Positions 52,879 through 64,000 of a stretch of DNA of 64,000 bases are shown one piece after another. Every line of letters starts with the position of its first letter. Within the stretch, counting starts at the first letter, position 1. The translations under genes were made by a program, and so were the position numbers. Under the pieces are notes generated by a model that was given only the letters and a program-made list of their open reading frames with translations, searched no databases and was not told the origin of the DNA. Location of the stretch: contig OZ234493.1 in NCBI GenBank assembly GCA_965153455.1, positions 28,820,213 through 28,884,212 of the forward strand, read 5' to 3'. Origin of the DNA: Sphagnum compactum (Eukaryota).

Positions 52879-55800
52879 GAAAACAAATGGTCGGCTTTTA
52901 ATCACACAAAAAAACAAGTGTGTTGTCAAGGCATTTGAAACCAGTAACTAACAACACTTAAAATAAGAAATGTTCCATGAAGTTCCCGTGCTCTTCCCCC
53001 CCCTCCCCAATTTTTTTTTTTTTTTCTCACTCATTGCCATAATATGGCTTAGCCCTTTCCAATTCATCCATAAGGATGATAAATACTTCAACATACTAAA
53101 TGTAATGGAAACACATGGTGAAGAAGCCCAAGAGGATCCTTGAGTTACCATGGTATATACCTTAATGGATTTGGCACTAATTAAAATTGTTGAAAATTTT
53201 AAACTTTATTACACAAAATGTCAAATTTTCAGAATTTGGTGATGGCAAGGAGATCCAATTCACCTTCATTGTAAATTATTAATTCCCCTCTTTTGATTGG
53301 GAAGTAGGTAGGTAATAAACCTGATTGCTAGTAGGTAGTAAAAACAGCCCTTACCAATCCATATACTATATAAACTATAAACCATATACTTACCTACTAC
53401 CTACCTAGTCACCTATTTTTTCCCCCTACCTACCTACATATAGTAGGACCTAAACTTCTTACCGAATGGGTTACCGAGGTGAAACCGGATATTAACCAAG
53501 TTTAGGTTCATCCTTCATACACAACCAAGGATGCATTATACCGTAGTTCATTTTCAGGTTCGGCAAAAAATTATATTATTTTTTAAAATGTCAAAATTTT
53601 AAAAAAATTAAGGTCCTTTCATGTTAAAAAACTTTTAAAACTATTATTTACTAATGCCGAAAATTCATAAGATTCAAGAAGTTGTTACAAGATAGTTTTT
53701 AAGATTTTAGTATGTATATTATTGCATGTACTTTAAGCAATTTCAAACTATTGTGGAATATTTTTTAATTTAAATAATTTTGGCCAATTTATTTTTTTAT
53801 ATAAAAAAACCTTTTTTTTGTGCCAAAATCAAAATTTCAAAATAAAATAATTATTCGACAACAAGATTGCATCATTTCTAGACTTTTTTTTTTGGGGGAA
53901 CAATCTTAAACCTAAAAAAGCTTTTTTCTTTCTTGTTGAAGAAGAGGTTATATTTAATTTACAGGCATTTGTGTTAAACATACTACAAGCATAGCTTCAA
54001 TAGATGTCTATTGAATAATTAATAAATTAAAACTTGAGGATTTCATGTCAAGAATTGAATATTTCATATCATTCTTTGTTTTCATTCACAAAGTGTTGCT
54101 TTTTGGAGAGAAAAGTACTTTTAAAAGAAAATTCAACATTTTTATAAATAATATAATTTGTATTAAAGCTGCCAAGCTATTACGGGTATATATACATGTG
54201 TGTATACATGTGTGTGTGTCTCTCTCTCTCGTAGTAGTAGTAGTAGTAGACGGTGAACGAATTTTTTTTCATTCAACAACACAAATTCGTCAACATCTTC
54301 AGCGCCCATTTTACTTTCTTTGTCGGATGGCAGGACGTTTTCTAATCCCCATACAAACTTTGCAACCAAAAAACAATAGATCTTTTTTTGGGTCGTATGA
54401 GAGAGAAGGTGTGAGTCAGTGATTCACAAGCCGACAGAAGTATATGATTGAGCCTGGAGCACTTGATTTGACTCTTGGATGGTTTGTTGTTGTGTTGTCG
54501 TTGAATGACTTCAGTTCATTTTGTCGTTGCAATCACACGAGAGAACTTTAACTTTTTAACATTTAGTAGCAAGTTGAGGGGTAAGCAAACGACCCAAAGA
54601 AAACACTTTCCCTTAAGTTTTAAGTGTGGAGAAAATGAGATATGATATTAGTGCAAGAAAAAAAAAAACACATCACAAAACATTTGAAGGTTTTTTCATA
54701 ATTGTAGAAACTAAAAAAAGAAATTAGTGATGGAGGATCAAATTACTTGTTTGTGATTCAACATTGTCCTTGTTGGAACTTGGTGATGGAGGAGGCAAAT
54801 TACAAATCTTCATTTATGATTCCAACTAAACTTGGAGCAAGGAAAATTTGACAAAATTGTTACAATTATCATTTGCAACAATTGTGATTTGATTGGTTGA
54901 TGAATAACTCTTTTACATACAACAAGAAAAGAAAAGAATGACCACAACAACAAGGAATTTGGAGCTCTTTCAAAATTACAAAAATTAAATGAGCAAAATG
55001 ACATGTTTGTATGATGTTAGGAGGAATGCAAATGTGACTTAGGTATTCACACGTTTTTGCGATTTTAAGGTATTTGTAACAGTTTTAATGATTTTGGCAT
55101 CTTTGGTGTCTTTCACAAGTTGGATGTTTTTGGAATGTTTACAAGAATGATAATGCAAATGCTCAAACAAAACACAAAAGCTTAAATGCTCAAACAAAAC
55201 GCAAAAGGTCATATGTTAATTTTTTTGCAAAAGTTAAAATGCTCAAACAAAACAAAGAAGTTTACATAGACCCAAGAAAAAAAAGAAAAGGAGAGGAAAC
55301 TTGCCCCTCACAAGTGTGACCTACCCTTCAAATTTCAACAATGAATCAATGATGGTACATGTCATTGAAAGTTAGGTGTGGACATGTTGTTTGTTGGTAG
55401 GGCTTCTAGTGTTAGGAGCTAAACATTAGGTGTTAGAGTTGTCATTAAAGCCTAGACACCAAGTGTGGTGAGGTTTTTGAGTTTGGGGATGTATTACATT
55501 AGGCAAACAAACATCATAAGTGCAACTTTAATAAATCTTTCGGGCCTTTATTCTATTGCATGGAGAGAAAAAATGAAGTTTAACAAAAAGTTAATTTGGA
55601 CCTCACTTTGTCACCATGTTGTGAACATTAATGCAACATGCCATTTTAAAAGCTTGTTGAAAAATTAGGCCCAATGCACAAATCCTAATATTTCAAATTA
55701 ATCATATTCTAGCTTAAGCTCAATAAAATCATGTGTATTATTACATTTCATCAAACTTTAACATGGATGATGTTAGATTATGAAAGAGGCCCAAATTTTA

Positions 55801-56659
55801 AGCACATTTCCTTGAAGATAATGTAGTCTCATATTGTATCATCCTTTTACAATCCCATGTATTAATCAATATATAAATGTTGATTATGAGATTGAAGAGA
55901 ATGTCAAGTTGTGAAGATAGATTTGCAAAATGTCTTCTTTTTGCAACTATGGACCAAATAAAGTTCTTAAATTAGTTTAAAAATATTTAAATATATATTT
56001 TTCAATATCAAATTCATTTTGCATTCAAATTACCTAACCATGTTACATGGTTTCATTATTTTGAGCATGACTTTGTTCAAATATCATATAAAATGGCAAC
56101 AAATATTGTCAATTTTCAAGGTGGTCCTTGAATTTCATAATTGTGGTTTTCCAAACTCAAAAAACTCAAATCACATAACTATCATTCACAAAATTATAAA
56201 AACTAATCAAATTTCTTACCACAAACATAACATATGAGGGTACACTTATTGTGATTTGAATTAATTAGATCAGGGTGTTTCCCAAGGTTTGTTTGTATGA
56301 GAATCTATTTACGCAACTAAATCTAACCTTTTTTGGCAACAATTTAAGAACACCCAAGAACATACTGCAAATAAAAAAAATCATACACCATTTGCAACTT
56401 AGGCTAATACTTCACTTATAAACAAGTGTTGGATGGGTATCAAAAAGACTTTCGAATATCATCATTCGGGCATGTTTTGAATATTCTTATTTGAATCTTT
56501 AGGATATCATTTTTAATGATACCTTGACTGAAAACTTATCATGATTTTCACTTGTGTGTGACAACTGGAATTACAATGGATGGAGAGAACTAGCTCAAGG
56601 AAAAATATAAAAATATATCAAGACTTGAGTGAAATAAAACCCCTTTACTTGGGTCAGGT

Positions 56660-56960
56660 TCTCAAGGTACTATGTACAAGGTTTAATGCACAAGGTTCGA
56701 AAATAATTATAGTAGTTGTACAGGTAGGAGCAATAAAAATATATGTAGCAATAGTGAAGGCATTCAGGAGAAAAAGAAAGACAAGATGAAACTCAATTTA
56801 CCACCAAAACTATGGTTTCTTGAGTTTCACCCGGTTCCCCCCCCTCCTTTAATGCTAATGTACATTTTTTCAGGTTTAAGAAAAATTTCACCCCATTTAT
56901 GACCAAACTTAGGGTTTTGGTGTTGTGTGTTTCCTTACTTTTACGGATAACTGTAATGCT
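56660..56960 (+). repeat. Dispersed MITE-like repeat, copy 3 (partial)
   Basis: tttaatgcacaaggtt...tagtagttgtacaggtaggagcaataaaaatatatgtagca...aatgctaatgtac matches 39240-39500. Confidence 0.7.
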
Positions 56961-57847
56961 TATGATTTTTTTTATTTGAAAAAAAAGTAATAATTGGTTT
57001 GTGACAATCTCCAAATGATAACTGGCTATTCGCAAATTTATGAGAATCGAAATTGTGAGAACTGGTTCAATTATATATATATATATACCCGGCCGACACC
57101 CTTATAAACCTGGGGTACTTATTGTCGGTTCTTTCATGAAGAGCACCCATTTATTTAGGGTTTTGAAATAACCAGAATGGGAGGTTCTATTTATTTTGAA
57201 AATTTCAAAAAAATCAAATCAGGCGATTGATTTTAAACAGAGCCAAATCCTGAAGGGCCAACACTAGTTTGGATCTGTCACCATAGTAATCAAATATGCA
57301 CTCAACAAAGATGAGTCACATTTTCTGAATCAGATTTGGAATAGATTTCCTAAGACTCTTTTGAGTACTTTTCCTCTTTGTGATTTTCTTGAGGGCCCAA
57401 AACTTTTTGTCGTTGTGTATTTGGTGGGGTCACATTTATTGAGAGCTCTCAATTATAAACACACTCGTTTTTTTTGCCCGTGGAATGAATGCCAGGTTTT
57501 GGTTCTTTGCTGCAATTTGTTGCAAATCTCCACACTATTGAATCTGACAAGGATGATGCAGCAATGGGTTTTTTACTGTATCCGACAACTTACTTACAAG
57601 GATGATGCAGCAATGTCTTTTGTGTACTGATTGTAACACTGTCAACAGCAATCATTTCAGTACCCACAAGGAACGGACCTGAACTTCACAATCCATCACC
57701 TGCAAATCAATAATACTTTTTTTCTTCATGCTGTTTTTTCATCACCAATTTCTTAGCATCCCTTGAAGCCCTAAAGTCCCGATCGATCAATCGAATTTGG
57801 GTTGATGAATCATTTCACATGCACCCTACACGCAGTTAACATTCGTC

Positions 57848-58030
57848 CAACTCAAGATAGGCTCCCCAAGGGTGTCCCAAGTTGTCTCAAGGGGTGATTT
57901 CATAGGGACCCTACAGCACAGGTCGAGAGTCTAATCCTATTCAGCCAACTCAAGATAGGCTCCCCAAAGGGGGGGTCCCTGGCTCCAAAATTATCTCAAG
58001 GATGATTTCACATGGGCCTTACAGGCCTTA
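57848..58030 (+). repeat. Imperfect tandem duplication, about 98 bp x2
   Basis: caactcaagataggctccccaa...tctcaagg..gatttca occurs at about 57848 and 57946. Confidence 0.75.
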
Positions 58031-58414
58031 CAAAGGCATGGTACATAGTCCAATCCCTTTTTAAGCTTTAAGAGCCTAAGCCTATTTTACAACCATTTTA
58101 CCTCTATTTGAGCATTAGTTTAAAGTTTTCCTCCAATCTACTCATTCATGAATTGACTTATGGATCAACCATTAGATTCAAAGTTCACAAGCTCATAGTT
58201 CTTTCATAAGAATTTCAGCCAAAATCAAGCAAAGGACAATGAGATATCACATTGAATTGGCATGGATTAATGCATGCATTCTAATATGGCAACTCACAAG
58301 ACTAAGTTACTCCCACAAAGTAAATCAATCCAAAATGCAATTTCTTCAATTCAGAATGAAGCCTTGCAAGTTTTGGAATTAGAATGTAAAGATCCTTAAA
58401 ATCAAACCGCAAAT

Positions 58415-58570
58415 TCAAAAAATTCTCAAATCGAGAATTTGTGAGTCAGCTCATAAATGAGTTTTCAAAATTATCAAAAAATTCTCAAATCGAGAATTTG
58501 TGAGTCAGCTCATAAATGAGTTTTCAAAATTATGAGTCAGCTCATAAATGAGTATTCAAACTTATGAGCA
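58415..58570 (+). repeat. 59-bp tandem duplication plus a partial third copy
   Basis: tcaaaaaattctcaaatcgagaatttgtgagtcagctcataaatgagttttcaaaatta at 58415 and 58474; tgagtcagctcataaatgag occurs a third time near 58534. Confidence 0.9.
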
Positions 58571-59074
58571 TATATGCTTTAGGAAACTTAGGAAACTTGC
58601 ACAAACCATTTCATATGAGCATGATATTCACAACAACAAAGTCATATACCCCCTTCAATCCCATGATGCAAAGTGCTGAATAACCGGAGATTCAAAACTA
58701 AAACCCCAAAGAGAAAGGATGAACTTAGCTCATGGTTGCACTGTGTAGCAGAAGTTATGACAATGTGCATCCCTGAAGCCCACCTGGAGAAACAATTTCC
58801 AAATCCAACTCACAAATAATGGTTTCTTTCTCTGTTGGCTTCTTCCCTGACCAAAAACATTTACAGGCTTTTGAGGCTTTTGTTAATCAGTTCAAAATAA
58901 AAAAAGGTGGAACTGCATTTCAACTACTCAGGCCGCCCTGATTGCCAACTTACCATGTAAGCAATAACCTCAGATTCCTTTCAGAATTGCCTCTTCCCAC
59001 TGATGTCAATCCCTATTACATGCACTCTCAGAGTTCTTTTCACAATTACTTCCTACAGCTGATCACAATCCTGA

Positions 59075-62000
59075 TCAGAAGCTTGAAGAGTGGTGTTCAT
59101 TGCCACTTGATTTAACCGCTTCCCGCCAAAAACGAACGGAACGGTCAGACCCACAGGTCACAAATGATGACTCCGTCGGGGAGTGCTCTAACCAGCGTGG
59201 AGCCCCTACATGATTTGAAGGAAACCGTGATACAGTATCACCAGTCAGAGTATCCCATACCACTACCTGCACCAACATCCACCAATTCTCATCACAAACA
59301 CTGCCAGTGATAACATAATCCGACACACAAGTAACTACATCTACCCTAGTTAAAGCTCCCATCACTGATTCTGCAGTGTACTGCAACATAATAGAACAGG
59401 AAGTTATATGTCAAAGATAATAATCTTCCAGAAGATGACATTGCAGCAGGAAGACACTCGCCCAATAGTAATGTATGTAGTTGGCCCGTCTGAGCCAAAA
59501 AGATCCAGCAAGAGCATGAGTCACAAGTGTAAGCTACATATACAGCACTTGAAGTTTAGAATGGAGAAACAGCTGACCTCATTCTGGGATTCATCAGTGC
59601 AAAGGATGAACTCTTCTGTATGGTTAAATACTGCCTGCACCCAGACAAAATCCATACTCAGACTGAAGGAACGCTGACAAGACTGTACTAAAAGGTTGTG
59701 CAGTTATCCATTAGGGTCATTTGTCCATAGTAGAGGTGTGCACTAAAGGCTATGGCTATCTTGCATGTGCTTCTCTTTGCCTCTAATGCAGCACCTAGTA
59801 TTGTACAAGGACAGAACCTGGCAGCGCATCTGGGGGTGCTGAGCCCCAGGGTAGTGTTTAACAAGCCGACCACTGCCTACATCCCATAACCGCACCTGAG
59901 AATCCTTTCCACATGACAATACATACCTGAACATATTTCAAGCCAAAATTAGCATCTCCATCATTGAAAGAATCTACCCTGGACCAGAGTTCAAAAAGCT
60001 TAGCCTTTCTGTTTGTCACTGGGTCCAATCCAACCCCATGCAATGACCTCGTCCTAAGCCAGCAAGTCAATTTTGCCGTCCAAACATGTATAAAGTGTTC
60101 AGGAACTTGGTCTGCTTTTGGAGGTTGCCACTTTCATAACCTCTATGAGAGTTCCTTAGCTCCAGTAAACCTCTGGAAAATAACCTCTGTAGCACCAGAT
60201 GTCCAAACCCTCCCAACAATGAACGGCAACCGAATGCACTGCATTTCTCTTTGATCAGGTTTTAACTGCAGAGTTTGCCAATTTAGAGACACACATACCT
60301 CTGGTCTTTGGTAAAAGCTGCACTAGTGGCCTCTGCTGATCCATGGGCACCAGTAATAGCACGCACACAGTGTGATGTCAAGCCATCCCATATTCGCACA
60401 GCCCCATCTTTGCTGGCAGTAACATACATGCCTCCATTTGCAGAATATCGTACCTATTCACCCCTTGTCTCACACACATGAATTACAGATCTCTAGTGAA
60501 TGTGCTCAGGATGATGCTCAGGTGTGTCTTCACACATAATTCTCTTTGCTCAACATATGACCAACCCAATCAAGACAACTCAATGACTAGCATGTCTTCC
60601 AACTTGGCAAAAATCAATACATTTGGGGACAAGAGACCTGGTTGATGGACCCCCCAACATGAGAGTCTTGCAACGAGGAAGATAAGTAGCACTGAAATGT
60701 AGACACATCATACAAATGAGGGATTGGGTGATCGGTTCCTGCACAGAAAAAGTCCAGCATCACACAAGTGATATACACCAGGGAATGGCATCAATCCAAA
60801 TTGTGAAAGAGGAAACAGCACAAGGAAAAATATAACTTTGAAGCCATAGGAATTTCTGCTGATGCTGTAAGCTTGTTGCTTCAAACAGCTAATAGTAAGC
60901 AAGTTGCACAGTAAGAACTTGAAGAGAAATGAGCATACAGGAAGGTATCCAGAAAACCTGCAAGAAGATAGTCACCACATGGATGAAAAGCAACTGAACG
61001 CACATTATGGGTATCCTGCAATCCATCAGTCAGGAACAATACAGGGTAAGGCCAATATCTACAATCCAAACATGTACAAGCGTAAAAATTGATGCTAGCT
61101 GAATCTGGCATGACTGGAGACCTCTTCCCTAAGCTGTAGGTACTGCCCCCTCCCAAAGGTGGGCAATATATAGTTGCAGCACCAGGCTTCCTATTGGTCA
61201 TCCATCCCAATATACTTTCCAGCCCAAGGTGCTTAAAATTCAAGTTCTTGGGGGATCTGTTGTATCCACCTTCATTTTACTGCCAACTCTAGGACTACAC
61301 CACAAGCTCCAAGCTGAAGCTTTCCTACAGCATGTAAACCCTTTGACTGCTCTAGACATGAGAACCATATGAAATCAACCCTCTATGATTTAGAAAAACA
61401 TGAGGTTGAACAACATCTGACCTGGATCACACGAATAGCTCGCCTAGCTGCAGATTTTGCGAAATCAAAGAACCTGCACATGCAGGAGATAGACCAGATT
61501 TAGAAAGTGTTGCCTGGCACTGTATGAACTCATATCATCTGAGCATCATCACATGTGAGAATCTAATATAGCAGCAGGAGTTTGTAGTGAAACAAGTACT
61601 TGTCCACTGAAATAAGAAAGCAACAATTACGTACTTGATTGTGTGATCTTTGGCACCAGAAATAAGGATAGACATTTGCGGGTGAAAGTCTAGGTCATTT
61701 ATTGGCTGCACCATCCAAGATTCTCTTTCTTAAGTTGATTTAGGAGTTCACAAACACCACAGAAAAAATGTCAGAACAATGATGTTAAAGAAGTTAAGGT
61801 CACTAGAAACAACCTGCATATGGTCATAGAATGTACGAATGACTGGGCGAATGGGAGAATCATGAACAATGCCATCTGGCATCATCATCTGCCGGACCTT
61901 CTCCACCTACAGAGTACAGGGAATTGTAATGTGATTAGTGATCAAGCACTGAGGCAAAAAAAATTAAAATAAAAACAGTAGAACAGCTCTCAAATTGTAG

Positions 62001-63551
62001 TGAGAAAGAAGTGACATGATGTCACAAAATTATGGGCATACATGAAAGACAGCTGCACAGGTGAAGATGGGTTAATGATTTCAGCAGCTGTTGACATACC
62101 TCAAAAAGTTTGATGGATGTATCAGCACTACCAGTGGCCACAAGGCGCCCGTCTGGGCTGAACCGTGCACAGCGGGCAATGTTCTGCAGAACATCATCAT
62201 CCCCCAGGCCCTACCTTTAGTGCAGTGTTCAGAAGAGTGAAAGAAGAACAAACAAAACTAGGATGAGAATACTCAGGGAATACTCTGAAAGCGTAATAGT
62301 CAGGACATATCTCATACTGGACTTGTTCCTTTTGTGCAAAGAAGGATAAAGGCTAGAGCTTTTAATAGACTCATTGAAATGTGCATGACTCTTTCTATAT
62401 TCCACAAAACTCAAAATGCAAAATCCTTAGTACAAAAACCCACAGGTGAAATGATCATATGGAAGGGAATGTAGTTTTACCTTGTGCTCTGAAACATGCC
62501 GAGAGTCATGCTTTGCAAAGCTCTTTGGAGTCCCTTGGTTGCCTGCACTGAGCTGCCCCAATATTCGATAAGACCATCAACTTTTCCACTACAAAACCGC
62601 AGTATTGCAATGGAATTCTTGACCTTGGGTATAGTCTAAGAACATGAAAAAAAACTGCAGAAAAGAATAGAAGATGGTGCTGAGCAGTTTTCCACATCAG
62701 GCCAAGTTCTCACCTAAAATCCAACAATGTTTTCGGAATAATAGGTACAGGTCCATAGCCAGCTAAAGTTGTTCCACCACCACCACCTCCACCCTTGTCT
62801 AGAGAAGCAAGGGGCACTGCCATTTTTGCTGATTCATCCCTCTCTCCAGACAAACCCTGCACAAAAAAGCTGCCACTTGATTTTTCCTACTCAACAACAA
62901 CACAATCCACTGTTGTTGTTTCAAAACCAATTTTATTGATATAAACAGCTGTGATGGTCCCCAAGCAAATGTAGAATAGCAAGAAATGTCATACCTTACG
63001 AACAAGGTCCAAGAGCTTATTGGGGGGCACTTCAGTATGCAAAGGTGTCATTGTTGCATTTGACACTGCTATGGCTGCCTGCAGCATTAAAACATCCACC
63101 CCATTTCAATACACACCAAGCATCTCTTCCAACTTCTTCTCCAAAACACATTCAGGATCTTGCTAAACTAGAACCAAAAATAAGAGAAATAAGAAAAAAT
63201 AAAATTAAAAATTAAAAAAAACTCTCCTAAACCCTAAACACTCCACTTCATTCCAAAACACGTAACAGTAGAGCACGGGGAAACAAAAACAGCAGCAGCA
63301 ACAGGACACCACTAGTAAAAACAAAAAACATAGCAAAAGAGACAGACATATTCAACAAAAGAGCGTGTGTGTAGCAACAACACGTGAGAGAAAGAGAGAA
63401 AAAAGGAAACGAAACAAACAAACAGGAGACGAGGAGTTGTTACTTGATTGAGATTATTTTCCCGCAAGTGCCCAACGATGAGCGCCATAACATGTCGTTG
63501 CAACGCACCCTCCTGCTGCTGCTGTTCCCCGCCTCCCCCTACCATTCCCAT
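59075..63551 (-). CDS. CSTF50: Cleavage stimulation factor subunit 50 (CstF-50, WD40 repeat), about 457 aa, 14 exons
   Basis: Exons 63551-63444, 63078-62995, 62856-62714, 62547-62481, 62183-62100, 61906-61814, 61705-61635, 61473-61422, 61015-60958, 60738-60638, 60453-60299, 59926-59818, 59634-59578, 59266-59075. All introns are GT-AG and in phase. Motifs: VPPNKLLDLV (dimerisation domain), RCARFSPDG..ATGSADTSIKLFEV, IRTFYDH.QPINDLDFHP, DTHNVRSVAFHP, PSNHVGAPRWLEHSP. Confidence 0.96.
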
Positions 63552-63652
63552 CGTCCCCCCCCCCCCACCGTGCCTTGGTCTCTTGTTCTCTTCTCTTCTC
63601 TTCTTCTCGTCCCTTCGAAGGAACAAAGAGAAGAAGAAGAAACGAATAAGAA

Positions 63653-63670
63653 GGGTTAGGGTTAGGGTTT
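63653..63670 (-). promoter_or_regulatory. Telo-box (AAACCCTAACCCTAACCC) in the CstF-50 5' leader region
   Basis: gggttagggttagggttt on +, about 100 nt upstream of the ATG. Telo-boxes are common near plant housekeeping TSSs. Confidence 0.45.
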
Positions 63671-64000
63671 GTCCGATTGAAGAAGGAATCGAAGAAGAAG
63701 AAGAAGAATTAGGTCATTACGCTTCTTAATTGGGCGGTTACCTGAGTTTGTTTTATAAGCCTCTGGTGCCGGTTATTCAAACTCTGGAAATCTTGTTGTT
63801 CCAGTTTCAAGAAAATTCAGAATCAAAGAACCTTCAATTCCAGTTTTTTTTGGGTCGGAAAGCCTCAAAGAGAACCCTGTGCTTTTCACGAAATAATTGG
63901 CAAAGAACTAGCAGAAGGTTACATGAAGGTTATTAGATCTTTTTGAGAACTGCAATTCCATATCAGAATCACTCCACAACCATGCTATCATGGATGATTA

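Noticed and set aside
63653..63670. Telomere or chromosome-fusion remnant
   Set aside because: Fewer than three repeat units in a 5' leader; better explained as a telo-box.

Overview
Eukaryotic, AT-rich, intron-containing plant genomic DNA; gene content and repeat style suggest a moss such as Sphagnum (inference only). All five supported host genes lie on the minus strand: an ML-domain lipid-binding protein (5' part only), a class-I-like small heat-shock protein, a large TRM/LONGIFOLIA-family protein, a small single-transmembrane protein, and CstF-50 (14 exons traced). Intergenic space holds decayed transposons: a PIF/Harbinger element, two Copia remnants, a Gypsy remnant whose integrase ends in a complete PHD finger, a Sola-like fragment, hAT/Tourist/CACTA-type MITEs, a Helitron-like element and short tandem arrays. 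There is also a probable PPR pseudogene. I found no rRNA, intact tRNA or CRISPR array. The most notable observations are the PHD-tailed Gypsy integrase, an apparent 1-nt frameshift in CstF-50 exon 4 that a second acceptor 5 nt downstream could rescue, and an intron-bearing, tail-extended sHSP with an RY/G-box-rich promoter. All calls were made by eye; family assignments rest on remembered motifs and need database confirmation.
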